Under the pieces are notes generated by a model. It was not told the DNA's origin. It saw only the letters and a program-made list of their open reading frames with translations, and did no database searches. Positions 29,105 through 39,646 of a stretch of 64,000 nucleotides of DNA are shown here, in pieces. The translations under genes were made by a program, and so were the position numbers. Within the stretch, counting starts at the first letter, position 1. Each line of letters opens with the position of its first letter. This stretch comes from Nitrospinales bacterium (GTDB taxonomy: Bacteria; Nitrospinota; Nitrospinia; Nitrospinales; VA-1), in assembly GCA_965223795.1 (NCBI GenBank), contig CBDCXL010000002.1:1408001-1472000 (forward strand), read 5' to 3'.

Positions 29105-29180
29105 AACGGAACGGGCGCTTTCCGTCCTTCCGTTTCCAGGTTTGCACCCTGCTTTCTCCTCGAGCGCGGGTTGTGAATGC

Positions 29181-29213
29181 GAAAGGCCCGCGGGATTTCC
29201 CGCGGGCCTTTTC
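29181..29213 (+). terminator. Rho-independent terminator
   Basis: AAAGGCCCGCGGG-ATTT-CCCGCGGGCCTTTT after the HD-GYP gene. Confidence 0.8.
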
Positions 29214-29279
29214 TGTTGCGCCGAAGCGACCGGTCAACAAGCTCTATCTTTGGCAGCCGGGATGGGCTACACTTGCAGC

Positions 29280-29789
29280 ATGTCTGACCGGTCCATTCTG
29301 TCAACGTACAAGACCTCAACGGCAAGGCCCATGTCTTTCTGGATCGCGCTCGCTCTTGTTGTGGGACTGGCGGCGGTGCTGCTCACCGGCTGCACAGGCA
29401 GCCCGCCGGCGACGCTCGGCACGTTCGCCAACTGTCCCGATTCGCCCAACTGCGTGTCCACCAAAGCCAGGGACGAAACGCACGCCATCGGGCCCATAAA
29501 GACCTCCATCCCCAAAAAAGAAGCGCAGGAACGCATCCTCAAAATCGTTGCGTCCCTGCCGCGCACACAGGTGGTGACGCAAAGCGAGGATTACCTGCAT
29601 GTGGAATTCACCTCGCGGATCTTCCGATTCGTCGACGATGTCGAGTTTTTCTTCGCCGAGGAACCGGGAACGATCCATTTCCGTTCCGCATCGCGGCTCG
29701 GCCGCTCGGACCTTGGCGTCAACCGCAAGCGCATGGAAACGATCCGCCGCCTGTTTGAAGCCTCCGCCCCCCCGAAAGAAGCCTCCTAG
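29280..29789 (+). CDS. DUF1499 family lipoprotein
   Basis: LTGC lipobox, CPDSPNCVS, FRFVDDVEF, RSASRLGRSDLGVNRKR; start may be 29331. Confidence 0.88.
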   Translation: MSDRSILSTYKTSTARPMSFWIALALVVGLAAVLLTGCTGSPPATLGTFANCPDSPNCVSTKARDETHAIGPIKTSIPKKEAQERILKIVASLPRTQVVTQSEDYLHVEFTSRIFRFVDDVEFFFAEEPGTIHFRSASRLGRSDLGVNRKRMETIRRLFEASAPPKEAS

Positions 29790-29905
29790 CTTTTCATGCG
29801 GGTTTGCCCGCCGGCCCGGCAGGGCTTTCCCTGTGCCGCCAAATCGGTTAGACTTTCAACTCCCAATTAAAACAAGCCACATCCAGACAGTCAGGAGATA
29901 CAACG

Positions 29906-31516
29906 ATGCAGAAAACCGCGCTCGCCGAATGGTCCAAGCTTGAAGACAGGGTGCCCGCCTACGGGCTGGTGGCCAATGTGGATCTCGTCCTCGTCCGCCA
30001 CGACGACAACGTTTCGGTGTTCTACGGCCGCTGCCCGCACCGGGGCGCGCTGTTGGCGGACGGTTCGGTGCAGGGCGATAACCTGATCTGCGGCGTGCAT
30101 GGCTGGGATTTCCGCTACGACACGGGCATCAGTGAATACAACAACGATGAGAAACTGCCTAAATTCTCCGCCTGGATCGAGAACGGCAAGGTATTCGTCG
30201 ACGAGGAGGAGATCGCCGCCTGGGAAAAGGAGCACCCGCAGTTCTACGACCGCGAGGCGTACCAGGGCCTGTACGCGGACATGAACGGAACGGACGCCGA
30301 ACCGCATGTGAAGTTCATCCAGAAGCTCGCCGAAGGCGGCCTGGACAAAGTGGGGGAGCACGGCCCCGTCGCCGCGATGGGCGTCTCTCACGAGGAGCTG
30401 CCCTCCTGGGATGACATCCAGATCCTGACCGCTCAGCTTGCCCGCCTGCCGCTTTTGGAGGAACAGCCGGTGGGAACGGAGGTGACGATCGGCCGCAACG
30501 CGCAAAAGCCGCTCAAGCTCGACATCCCGCTTTTTGTTTCGGACATGAGCTTCGGCGCTTTGTCGATGGAGGCCAAGGTCGCGCTGGCCAAGGGAGCCGA
30601 GCTTTCCGGAACCGGCATCTGCTCCGGCGAAGGCGGCATGCTGCCCGAGGAGCAGGCGGCCAATTCGCGCTATTTCTACGAGCTGGCGTCGGCGCGGTTC
30701 GGGTTTTCCATGGACAAGGTGAAGCGATGCCAGGCTTTTCATTTCAAGGGCGGACAGGGCGCCAAAACGGGCACCGGCGGGCACCTTCCGGGCTGCAAGG
30801 TCGACGCCAAGATCGCGTCGGTGCGGGGACTGGAAGAAGGTCAGGATGCGGTTTCACCGGCGCGCTTCCCCGACTGGGAGCACGAGAGCGATTACCGCGG
30901 CTTCGCGGAAACGGTGCGCGCGGAAACCGGCGGCATCCCGATCGGGTTCAAGCTGTCGGCGCAGCACATCGAAGCGGACATCGACGCCGCCCTGCGCATC
31001 GGCGTCGATTACATCATCCTGGACGGACGCGGCGGCGGCACCGGAGCGGCGCCGCTCATCTTCCGCGACAACATCTCGGTGCCGACCATCCCGGCTCTGG
31101 CGCGGGCGCGCCGTCACCTGGACGCCCTGGGGCGCGGGGACATCTCGCTCGTCATCACCGGGGGGCTCAGGACACCGGCGGATTTCATCAAGGCGCTCGC
31201 CCTGGGCGCGGACGCGGTGGCGGTCTCCAACGCGGCGATTCAGGCGATCGGCTGTCTGGGGATGCGCGCCTGCCACACCAACAACTGTCCGGTGGGCATC
31301 GCCACGCAGCGCGAGGACCTGCGCGCCCGGCTACTGGTCGATGAATCGGCGCAGAGGCTGGCCCGTTTTTTCCAGTCGGCGGTGGAGCTGATGAAGGTGT
31401 TGTGCCGCGCCTGCGGGCACACGCACTTCAATCAGATGAGTGTGAGCGATCTCACAACGTTCCATAAGGAAATGGCCGACCTCTCCGGCGTCGCCTTCGG
31501 CGGCGCGGGCGCCTGA
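29906..31516 (+). CDS. Rieske [2Fe-2S] domain fused to a glutamate-synthase-type FMN-binding domain
   Basis: CPHRG..CGVHGW; MSFGALS, SGEGG, GQGAK, DGRGGGTGA, CLGMRACHTNNCPVG. Confidence 0.9.
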   Translation: MQKTALAEWSKLEDRVPAYGLVANVDLVLVRHDDNVSVFYGRCPHRGALLADGSVQGDNLICGVHGWDFRYDTGISEYNNDEKLPKFSAWIENGKVFVDEEEIAAWEKEHPQFYDREAYQGLYADMNGTDAEPHVKFIQKLAEGGLDKVGEHGPVAAMGVSHEELPSWDDIQILTAQLARLPLLEEQPVGTEVTIGRNAQKPLKLDIPLFVSDMSFGALSMEAKVALAKGAELSGTGICSGEGGMLPEEQAANSRYFYELASARFGFSMDKVKRCQAFHFKGGQGAKTGTGGHLPGCKVDAKIASVRGLEEGQDAVSPARFPDWEHESDYRGFAETVRAETGGIPIGFKLSAQHIEADIDAALRIGVDYIILDGRGGGTGAAPLIFRDNISVPTIPALARARRHLDALGRGDISLVITGGLRTPADFIKALALGADAVAVSNAAIQAIGCLGMRACHTNNCPVGIATQREDLRARLLVDESAQRLARFFQSAVELMKVLCRACGHTHFNQMSVSDLTTFHKEMADLSGVAFGGAGA

Positions 31517-31892
31517 AACCTTCCGGCGCGTTTTTCGACAAAGCACAAGCGGCACGCAATCGCCTGTTTGTGTTCCCCACCAAAACGGGCTGACATTTTT
31601 TTCCTGTCCCCATCGATCCACTGCACAGACAGCGGCATTTTTTTCTGCCGCCACGGGCGTGCTCTCTCCTTACGAATCAATGTTTCGAAACGGGATCGTG
31701 CTTGTGCGAAAAAAAATTTTATTTTTTTGCTTGCGCTTTGCGCCCAAACGCGCAACATTTATTGGTATCACGAACACAACATTGATGACCGACGGGGCCT
31801 TTTTTCATTGGACGTGACGTTTCGTCCCGTGGCCGGGCTGCGCGCAGGATGGGTCCCCGAGGGTCACCCCATTCCACAGGAAAGGGTCTGCC

Positions 31893-32090
31893 ATGAATCA
31901 CACTGAAAAAGATTTTCCCTGCCCATTTTGCGGCGAACCGATGTCCCAGGTCTTGAATCTTTCGGTCAACGGACAGATCTGCACGGAATTCTGTGAGATC
32001 TGCAACCACCGGTTCGCGGTCCGCTACAGCATTCGCAATGGCAAGGTCGCTGAATTCAAGGCGCAGCAGGCCTATTCCGCGCTGGCCTGA
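31893..32090 (+). CDS. CPXCG-motif cysteine-rich small protein
   Basis: CPFCGE...CEICNH. Confidence 0.75.
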   Translation: MNHTEKDFPCPFCGEPMSQVLNLSVNGQICTEFCEICNHRFAVRYSIRNGKVAEFKAQQAYSALA

Positions 32091-32495
32091 ACTCTGCTCA
32101 CGATTTATTATAACCATTTCCGCGCTCCCGCTGCGGGGACTGCGTTGCCATTTCGGACTCATGAATGTCGTCCGAGAACAGGCGGAACCAGTCTCGTTCC
32201 GGCGGAGGGCCCGCATGCAAATGCTTCGCCTACTGTTGGCGCGTTCGCCGGCACTTCGTCATTCCGGCTTTTTGGGCCCGTGCCCTGCAATCCCCTGATC
32301 CGCAATCCCTTCCTTCTAATTTTTTACTGCCTATCCGGCGCACATCTGGAATAATATAAACTTGTTCCTGCCCGCACCCCAATCGCGTTGAATCCTGTTC
32401 CGAATGAACAGGTTCTGCCGGTGCGTCCGCTGCCTGTGGACGGACGGCCTGTTTCCATACATCCATCTGTTGCTGTTTTGAAGCGAGCGTGTTTT

Positions 32496-34208
32496 ATGAG
32501 ATGTCTGCAACCGGTTTGGCTGCTGCTGGTGGCGCTGGGCGTTTTGTCCGGCTGCGGGGCCGGAACTTTCGGGGGAACCTGGGGAGACATCCTTGCGCCT
32601 TCGGGCCAACAAACCCAAGCTGCTGCCACGGGCGGGACTTCCTCAGCCACGACGCCCCTTGAAGCGGACGGCGTCCGCCGGTTGCCGCAGCCTTCCCTGG
32701 CAAAAATTTATGGCGTGAAAAACCGCGAGCGCGGCGTCCTTCCTCTCGCGCTCAGCAACGCCCAGAACGGGTATGCGGTTTCGGCCTGCGACCTCAACGG
32801 CGACCAAGTGGACGACATCGTGGTGGGCGCGCCCGATTCGGAAGGCATCCTGCCTGAAACCACGCGATCGGGCTGGGTGTATGTCGTGTCCGGCGGCTCC
32901 TCGCTGCCATCGCGGCTGGACCTTGCAACCCAAGCGGACGCGGGCTTCTGGGCGGGCCGCAAATCGGGGGTCAACCGGCTGGGACAGTCGCTCGCGTGTG
33001 CCGACTTCAACGGCGACGGCACCCTGGACCTCGCCATCGGCGCGCCGTTGTCGCGCAGCCGTCCGTTCAACCGGCTGCATTCCGGAACCGTGTATCTCGT
33101 CTTCGGGCGCACAAATTTCAAGCAGACCGTCGATGTGTCGAAACAGGCGGACGTGGTGATCGCGGGAGCGGAAGAAGGGGACCGCGCGGGATCGGCGCTG
33201 GCGGCGGGCGATGTGAACGGCGACGGCATTGCTGATCTGATCATCGGCGCGCCCGGAGCGTACGGCTACCAGAACCAGCAGCCGGGAGCCGGAGAAACGT
33301 ATGTGATTCTGGGCCGCCCGCGTTTTCCCAAAGGGATCGACCTGTTCAAGAACTGGAACAGCCGCATCTTCGGCATCGACGGGTCGGATTTTGAGTTTTC
33401 CCTCAAGCAGAACCCGCCCGACCAGAGCGGCTATGCAGTCGGCTCGGGCGACGTGAACCGGGATGGTCTGGACGACGTCCTCATCGGCGCGCCCTTTGGC
33501 GACGGTTTTTTGAACGAGCATCCGGAAGCCGGGGAAGCGTATGTGATTTACGGCAGAAAACAACTGCCGAAAAACCTTCATCTCGCCCGGCACGCGGACA
33601 TCACCCTGTTCGGAGCCAACGCCGGCGACCACACCGGGTCGGTCTTTCAAGTGGGGCGGCTGACCAAGAACGGCGGCGATCTTTTGACCGGAGCGCCGGG
33701 GGCGGTGCGCCGATCGCGTTCCAAAGCAAGCAGGGGGATCTGGCACGTGCTCAAAGGACGCAGCGGGCACAGCAAGACCTACCACCTGAAACCGGATGCG
33801 GCGCACCGGCTTGTCTCGCATGCGGACTGCGGCAGGCCGGAGCGGCTGCAAACCGCTCCCCTGTCCTACGGACTGGGGCATTCGGGCGTGCTGCTGGACT
33901 GGAACCGGGACGGGCGCGACGACCTGATCGCAGGCGTTCCCTGTGCGTCCGGTCCCGGGAAGAAGAACCACTCTGGCGAGATCGTGTTTTTCGAAGGCCG
34001 ACCGGACAAGAAGCGTTCCGCCCCTGCCGCCGCCTATCAACCGCAGGGGGTGCTGGCGGATGAATATTTCGGTTACGCTCTGGCCGTGGGCGACGTCAAC
34101 GGCAACGGCAAAAGCGACCTTTTGATCGGGGCCCCCGGCCTGACACGCGGCAAAAAGGGCGCGCAAAGCGGCGGCGTGTATATTCTCAAAGACCTCACCG
34201 GCCCCTGA
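32496..34208 (+). CDS. FG-GAP (integrin-alpha-like beta-propeller) repeat lipoprotein
   Basis: LSGC lipobox; about 7 repeats of DxNGDG.DL.IGAP. Confidence 0.88.
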   Translation: MRCLQPVWLLLVALGVLSGCGAGTFGGTWGDILAPSGQQTQAAATGGTSSATTPLEADGVRRLPQPSLAKIYGVKNRERGVLPLALSNAQNGYAVSACDLNGDQVDDIVVGAPDSEGILPETTRSGWVYVVSGGSSLPSRLDLATQADAGFWAGRKSGVNRLGQSLACADFNGDGTLDLAIGAPLSRSRPFNRLHSGTVYLVFGRTNFKQTVDVSKQADVVIAGAEEGDRAGSALAAGDVNGDGIADLIIGAPGAYGYQNQQPGAGETYVILGRPRFPKGIDLFKNWNSRIFGIDGSDFEFSLKQNPPDQSGYAVGSGDVNRDGLDDVLIGAPFGDGFLNEHPEAGEAYVIYGRKQLPKNLHLARHADITLFGANAGDHTGSVFQVGRLTKNGGDLLTGAPGAVRRSRSKASRGIWHVLKGRSGHSKTYHLKPDAAHRLVSHADCGRPERLQTAPLSYGLGHSGVLLDWNRDGRDDLIAGVPCASGPGKKNHSGEIVFFEGRPDKKRSAPAAAYQPQGVLADEYFGYALAVGDVNGNGKSDLLIGAPGLTRGKKGAQSGGVYILKDLTGP

Positions 34209-34227
34209 GGCACCGGCTCCATCTGAT

Positions 34228-34254
34228 AAAAGGCCCCGCATTGAGCGGGGCCTT
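34228..34254. terminator. Terminator between convergent genes
   Basis: AAAAGGCCCCGC-ATTGA-GCGGGGCCTT. Confidence 0.75.
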
Positions 34255-34276
34255 CAATCGTATTCCCGCGATAACG

Positions 34277-35512
34277 CTAGAACCCGAAGCGGGCGTTCAA
34301 GCGGATCGACTCGGAATTTTCATCCCTCGCGTTGGCGAGATTGCCGCCCGCGTTGCTTTTGAAATTCACGTATTCCAGGTTCAGCTTCACGTTCGGCACC
34401 GGGTGGTACTGCATGGAAAGCACCCACTGGTTCTCAAAGGCGGCGCTGTCGTGGGTGTCGTGCCAGTCGTAGCGAGCCAGAGCCAGCAGCTTCTCGGTGA
34501 GCATGTAAGTCCCTTCGACGGTGCCGCTGGTGGCCTCGTACGTGTCGGAAGTCCTGCCGGGTTCGGCGAAATTGAGAAATTCCCCGCCCCAGAAATAGTA
34601 GGCGCCCGTGACGACATTCAGCTTGTCCTGAAAAAACGAAAACTGGATGTTGCCGCCGAGGGTGTAGGTGTTGTTGGTGTCGTCCGGCGCCGCGAGGGCG
34701 TCGGCGGGAGACAGGTTGTCGTCCGCATCGCCGACGTTGTCGCCGCGGAATAAAAACGACGCGGTGTGCTCGAAAAAATCCTGATTGAGGATCAGGTAGT
34801 ACATCTGGCCGAAACTGTCCTCGGCGCCGCTGCGGTTGTCGTTGCCGATCCCCAGTGCGTAGCGGAATCCCTGTTCGATGAACTGGCCGTTGAGCTCCAC
34901 GCCCGCGTTGGTGAAGGTCACGTTGTCGTCGCGGGCGCCGGAATCGGCAGCAGCGGAGCCGGAAGCCATGCCGGCGGCGGATGTCTGGATCAGGTAGGTG
35001 CTCTCGGTCAGGCGGCGGGGGTTGGACAGGTAGTAGTTGTCCACGTTGAAGTCGCCGAATTTGACGTTGAGCGCGCTGTCGGGCAGGATGTCGTCGAACT
35101 GGATGAGCGGCGCGTTGGCGTCGGTGAGGGCGTCGATGAAATAGGAGATCCGGGGCCCCAGCGTGCCGCCGCTGAACAACTCGACGCCGCCGTCCACCAG
35201 TTCGCTGCTCTGTGTTTTTTCTCCGGCGCTGTCGGTGCGCGTGAACACGGCCCCCACCCGGGCGATCGCCGCCAGCGGAATGATCTTGCTGTTCCACAGG
35301 TAATCGCCCACCTCGCCGGGCATGCGGTAGCCGCGGTTCTTGAACTGGATTCCGGTCTTGTTCAGCTTGGGAAACTGAACGTGGCAGGTGCGGCAGTTGA
35401 TGCCGTATTTTCTGGCAAATGCCGGTATGGCTTCGGATGCTTCGGGAACGACCCAGCCCGCTGCCAGAAGGGCGAGCGCCACCCCCCAGATGATCCCATT
35501 CCTTGTTTTCAT
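34277..35512 (-). CDS. Outer-membrane beta-barrel/porin with an N-terminal c-type heme motif
   Basis: Signal peptide, AIPAFARKYGINCRTCH..PKLN, amphipathic strands, C-terminal Phe (ARFGF). Confidence 0.82.
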   Translation of the reverse strand: MKTRNGIIWGVALALLAAGWVVPEASEAIPAFARKYGINCRTCHVQFPKLNKTGIQFKNRGYRMPGEVGDYLWNSKIIPLAAIARVGAVFTRTDSAGEKTQSSELVDGGVELFSGGTLGPRISYFIDALTDANAPLIQFDDILPDSALNVKFGDFNVDNYYLSNPRRLTESTYLIQTSAAGMASGSAAADSGARDDNVTFTNAGVELNGQFIEQGFRYALGIGNDNRSGAEDSFGQMYYLILNQDFFEHTASFLFRGDNVGDADDNLSPADALAAPDDTNNTYTLGGNIQFSFFQDKLNVVTGAYYFWGGEFLNFAEPGRTSDTYEATSGTVEGTYMLTEKLLALARYDWHDTHDSAAFENQWVLSMQYHPVPNVKLNLEYVNFKSNAGGNLANARDENSESIRLNARFGF

Positions 35513-35586
35513 GATCTCGTCCTTTCCTTGCATTTCCACGATTCACCCAATGGGCCCGTTTGCCCCTCCGGCACGCCCACTTAATT

Positions 35587-35605
35587 GAAAATGAAAATGA
35601 TAATC
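35587..35605. promoter_or_regulatory. Fur-box-like operator
   Basis: GAAAATGAAAATGATAATC, 15/19 match to GATAATGATAATCATTATC, upstream of the porin. Confidence 0.6.
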
Positions 35606-35933
35606 AAAGTTTAGTTAAATACAAGTAAAAAAAGGCGAACAGATCCCCCCACACCTCGGGGATCACATATAAATAATTGAATTTAAGTGATATGTAAAAA
35701 TGAGGTCAAAGCTATCGCTGAATGGCGGTCAGCCTTGAAATTCTCAAAATATGGCGAGAATGAGGAATTCACGCTTCTGTGGGCCGTTCTCCGGGGATGT
35801 GGCGATCCGGTACGAGTTGTATGCACGGGTTCGGGACCAATGCCGGAGTTTCGCAATAAATGATTCCACCGCGACAGAATCGGTTAGAATCGTTCCCCTG
35901 TTTGTCCGTATGCATTCAACCTCACAGGAAAAA

Positions 35934-36746
35934 ATGTCGAAGAGGAACCTGCCGGTGCCGCCGGAGCGGCAGTCCTGGCCGCTGCCGCAAAAAGACTATT
36001 GGTCCACGCCGTTTGCCGAGGTGTTGATGGAGCAGCTGGATCTGTTCTCCGGCGCTTCGGTGCTGGACATCGCTTCGGGCGGCGGCATCCCGGCGTTTCA
36101 CATCGCCGAGCAGGTGGGCCCCACGGGATCGGTGCTGGCTGTCGACCTGCATCCGGCGCAAATCGGCCGGGCGCGGGCGGTGCAGGGAACGCGGCTGCCC
36201 TGGCTGAAGTTCGAGCTGGGCGACATGCGCGCGCTGCCTCAAGACCTGGGGCTCTTCGACCGCATCACGGGCAACATCGCCTTCATGTTTTTCCGGCCCG
36301 ACCGGCCGGCGGCGCTCGCCAGTCTGGTGCGTTTTCTGAAACCGGGCGGCCAGATGGTGCTGACCTTTCCCTCGCTCGGCACGTTCGATTCCCTGTGGCA
36401 GCGGATCGACCGGGAAATGCAGGCGCACGGGCTGACAACGGAACGCGGGAAGCTTGCGGAGTACCGCATCGAGCGGCCGTCGGCGATCGATGCGAAACGC
36501 TGGTGCGAAGAACTGGGAATGCAGCGGGTCCAGGCGGTGGAGCGGCCGCTGGAAATCAGGACCGGGCCGGGCAGGGAATTTCTGTTTCATCCGCTGCTTC
36601 GGGGCGGGTTTCTGGAGGATGCGTACGAATGCTTCACGGACCCCGGACTCGCCGACACGGTGATGGATGCGGTGGCCCAGGATCTGCAAAGCTTCACGCC
36701 GCTTCTGGCGCTCCGCTGTGCGCTCGTCGCCTGGCAGCCCGCCTGA
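35934..36746 (+). CDS. Class I SAM-dependent methyltransferase
   Basis: VLDIASGGG, GDMRALP, FLKPGG. Confidence 0.88.
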   Translation: MSKRNLPVPPERQSWPLPQKDYWSTPFAEVLMEQLDLFSGASVLDIASGGGIPAFHIAEQVGPTGSVLAVDLHPAQIGRARAVQGTRLPWLKFELGDMRALPQDLGLFDRITGNIAFMFFRPDRPAALASLVRFLKPGGQMVLTFPSLGTFDSLWQRIDREMQAHGLTTERGKLAEYRIERPSAIDAKRWCEELGMQRVQAVERPLEIRTGPGREFLFHPLLRGGFLEDAYECFTDPGLADTVMDAVAQDLQSFTPLLALRCALVAWQPA

Positions 36747-36819
36747 CTGCTGACTAGGGAGTGATGGGCGGCCGGCAGAACCGCAACGCCCTCTTTGGCG
36801 TCAACTTCCAACAACCCTC

Positions 36820-37542
36820 ATGCAATCTGACATGAACGAAACGATCGTGCATGCCGGCTGCCGGGTGTGCGGCACGGCTTCGGGCCTGTTCTACCAGAAC
36901 GAGCGCCGGTTTTTCCGCTGCCCGGAATGCCGGCTGATCTTCACGGTCGATGCGGTGGATAAAAGCCTGGAAGAAGCGCATTACAAAAAGCAATGGGCCG
37001 AGACCGATCCGGGTTTCTGGAAAAGCCAGGTGGATGTGCTGCTCAAGATCATCGCCTTGTACCGCACGCCGGAGCGTCTGCTGGATTTCGGTTCCGGTTC
37101 GGGGGAAATGACGAAGGAGCTGGAACGGCGGGGGGTCTCAGCGACGCCGCTGGAGCCGATGATCCACGGCTATTTGAAGGATCAGCGATTTTCCTGTACC
37201 TTCGACGTGGTGGTGGCGGTGGAAGTGATCGAGCACCTGCCCAATCTCTGGGAGGAGTTGAACGCGATCGAAAACGTGCTGGCCACGGGCGGCATCGTGA
37301 TTTTTTCGACGCTGTTGACCAACTCATTCGTCGACGCTCCCGACGCCGCACGGCAGTTTGCGGACTGGTGGTACAAGGACGACCCCACGCACGTCAGCTT
37401 CTTCTGCAACCGGACACTGGGAAAATTAGCCGACATGGGCAAATTCGATATCGACGTCTACGGCGACAAGGTGTTCGTGCTGAAACGCCTGCCGGACACC
37501 GTCGATGCTTTCTGTTCTCCTTCACCTGCCGGGATGATCTGA
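36820..37542 (+). CDS. Class I SAM-dependent methyltransferase with N-terminal zinc ribbon
   Basis: CRVC..CPEC; LLDFGSGSG, EVIEH, WWYKDDPTHVSFF. Confidence 0.88.
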   Translation: MQSDMNETIVHAGCRVCGTASGLFYQNERRFFRCPECRLIFTVDAVDKSLEEAHYKKQWAETDPGFWKSQVDVLLKIIALYRTPERLLDFGSGSGEMTKELERRGVSATPLEPMIHGYLKDQRFSCTFDVVVAVEVIEHLPNLWEELNAIENVLATGGIVIFSTLLTNSFVDAPDAARQFADWWYKDDPTHVSFFCNRTLGKLADMGKFDIDVYGDKVFVLKRLPDTVDAFCSPSPAGMI

Positions 37543-37546
37543 ACTT

Positions 37547-38554
37547 ATGAGAATCTTTGAAGTGTTTGCCGACGACAGTTACCTGGACGCCATCCACAAG
37601 GTGGCGACAAAACTCGAAGCCGCGGATTACTGGGTGGGGCAGCAGGGCGTGGACGGCCGCCGCGTGGTGCGCTTTCTGGTGAAGCCCGACTTCAGGCAGG
37701 AAACGCTGGATTCGCTGCAGGCCATCCTGGGACACAGCGAATCGGCCCGCATCAACGTGATCCCGCTGGAGGTGACGCTTCCACGCGAAGAGAAGGAAGA
37801 GAAAAAAACCAAAGAGGAAAAAAAGGACAAAAAGGACTCGATCGCCACCACGCGCGAGGAGATGTACAACAATGTCGAAAAAAGCGCCCGCCTGGACGAC
37901 AATTTCCTGCTGCTGGTTTTTTTCTCGACGGTGGTGGTCGCCATCGGGCTGCTGGAAGACAACGTGGCGGTGGTGATCGGCGCGATGGTGATCGCGCCGC
38001 TGTTGGGCCCCAACATCGCATTGGCGCTGGGAACGGCGCTGGGCGACACCAACCTGATGTGGAAGGCGCTCAAGACCACGCTGGCGGGTCTGACCGTCGC
38101 GCTGGGCATCACGTTTTTCATCGGCATGGTGTGGCCGCTGAACGTGGAAAGCGAAGAGCTTTTGGCGCGCACGCGGGTGGGGCTCGACTCGGCGGCGCTG
38201 GCGTTCGCCTCAGGCGCCGCGGGCGTGCTCGCCCTCACCACCGGGCTGCCCAGCGTGCTGGTGGGCGTGATGGTGGCGGTCGCGCTGTTGCCGCCGACGG
38301 CAACGCTGGGCCTGTTTCTCGGCGCGGGCGATCTCGATCTCGCTTACCGCGCAGGCCTGCTTTTGGCAATCAACATCGTATCGGTGAATCTGGCGGCCAA
38401 GATCACCTTTCTCATGAAAGGGGTGAAGCCGCGGACCTGGCTTGAGAAAGAAAAAGCACGCCAGTCCATGTCGCTGTACCTTCTTTTCTGGCTGATCTCT
38501 CTGGCTGTTCTTTTGGCCGCGATTTATTTTCTGCGCGAAATCCCCAGCGTCTAA
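37547..38554 (+). CDS. TIGR00341/DUF389 family membrane protein
   Basis: VIGAMVIAPLLGP, GVMVAVALLPP. Confidence 0.88.
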   Translation: MRIFEVFADDSYLDAIHKVATKLEAADYWVGQQGVDGRRVVRFLVKPDFRQETLDSLQAILGHSESARINVIPLEVTLPREEKEEKKTKEEKKDKKDSIATTREEMYNNVEKSARLDDNFLLLVFFSTVVVAIGLLEDNVAVVIGAMVIAPLLGPNIALALGTALGDTNLMWKALKTTLAGLTVALGITFFIGMVWPLNVESEELLARTRVGLDSAALAFASGAAGVLALTTGLPSVLVGVMVAVALLPPTATLGLFLGAGDLDLAYRAGLLLAINIVSVNLAAKITFLMKGVKPRTWLEKEKARQSMSLYLLFWLISLAVLLAAIYFLREIPSV

Positions 38555-38908
38555 ACGGTTCGCCTTTCCGAACGCAGATCCCGCATTCCGCTTCGCTTTG
38601 TTACCCGGATTTTGCTCACATCACTCCCGCACTTCTGAAAAACCGCCGCTTGTGTCTCGCCCCTTGCACCCGCTGATTCGGGGAGTCGATTTTTTTTAAA
38701 TATGATTATCGAGTGGACGAATTTTGCCTTTTTTGAATATGACCGATCCCGGCTCCGCCTGTTCTGACGCGGTTTTTCGGGCATCGGATATCAAAAACGG
38801 AGTTTGATTTTTTAACAATGTTTCGTTAACTTAAACAAAAAACAGGCAAGTTCCAGGGAATTTTCACACTCCCTGTTATTTATAAACATTTCATCGAGGG
38901 GGCATATC

Positions 38909-39346
38909 ATGCAGGCAGCCCGAAAAACGGTTGCGGAGATTCACTCCGTTCTGGACAGGTTTCGCATGGGATACGGCAAGAAAGACCTTCGCATTTTATT
39001 GAACCTGTTCGCACCGGATCCGGATGTGACCATCATCGGAACGGGAGAAGATGAAAAACGCACCGGTCTCGACGAAATCAAACGGCAGTTCGAACGGGAT
39101 TTTTTCCAGTCCGATGAATTGAACGTGCGGTTTGAGAATATTTCCGTCTCGCAGCTGGGCTCGGTGTGCTGGGTTGCGGGAGACACGCATGTGGAGTACA
39201 CCTCACAGGGACAGGCCATGCAGGCTTATGTGCGCTTCACGGCGGTGCTGGAAAACCGCAATGGCAAATGGCTGTTCGTGCAGACGCATTTTTCGGTGCC
39301 GTTCGCGGAGCAGGTGGAAAACGGTTCGCTTTCCCAAAACGCCTGA
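38909..39346 (+). CDS. SnoaL-like/NTF2-fold protein
   Basis: IIGTGEDEKRTG, RFTAVLE..GKWLFVQTHFS. Confidence 0.85.
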   Translation: MQAARKTVAEIHSVLDRFRMGYGKKDLRILLNLFAPDPDVTIIGTGEDEKRTGLDEIKRQFERDFFQSDELNVRFENISVSQLGSVCWVAGDTHVEYTSQGQAMQAYVRFTAVLENRNGKWLFVQTHFSVPFAEQVENGSLSQNA

Positions 39347-39487
39347 GCGGGCGTTTTTTAGGATATAGCCTCATCCTTCGCCGGAGCGAAGGCAAACGCG
39401 GATTCCGGGCAGCCGGTGTGGAACGGTTGTCCGCGCCGGATGGAGTGCGGTTTTCGTTTGCCCGATGGATGATCGCCGCTTGCGGAT

Positions 39488-39523
39488 AAAAAAAAGCCCC
39501 GCTTTTTTCAAAGCGGGGCTTTT
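39488..39523. terminator. Bidirectional Rho-independent terminator
   Basis: A8-GCCCCGCTTT-TTTC-AAAGCGGGGC-T4. Confidence 0.88.
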
Positions 39524-39646
39524 CTGTAAAAAGGAGCTTCCAGACGACTAAATGCTGTCTCCGGAAGCTCCCCTTATACTCTGACTAGACAAGGGATCAC
39601 CTCCTTTCATCCAGGGGGTGAACCTCCGCGGCAAAGCCTCCCCTGG
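39488..39646 (-). ncRNA. Candidate structured sRNA or micro-ORF transcript with an extended Shine-Dalgarno (15-nt complement of the 16S 3' tail)
   Basis: Hairpin 39611-39646, GAAAGGAGGTGATCC (39608-39594), hairpin 39533-39571, U8 terminator. Confidence 0.45.

Noticed and set aside
31760..31890. Riboswitch upstream of the CPXCG gene
   Set aside because: Short hairpins are present, but I recognised no aptamer consensus.
32780..34140. Nucleotide repeat array or CRISPR
   Set aside because: The repeats are protein-level FG-GAP motifs. I saw no repeat-spacer array or cas gene in the window.
39594..39608. 16S rRNA gene fragment
   Set aside because: Only the terminal 15 nt match. The upstream helix 45 sequence (GTAACC...GGGGAACCTGCGGCT) is absent.
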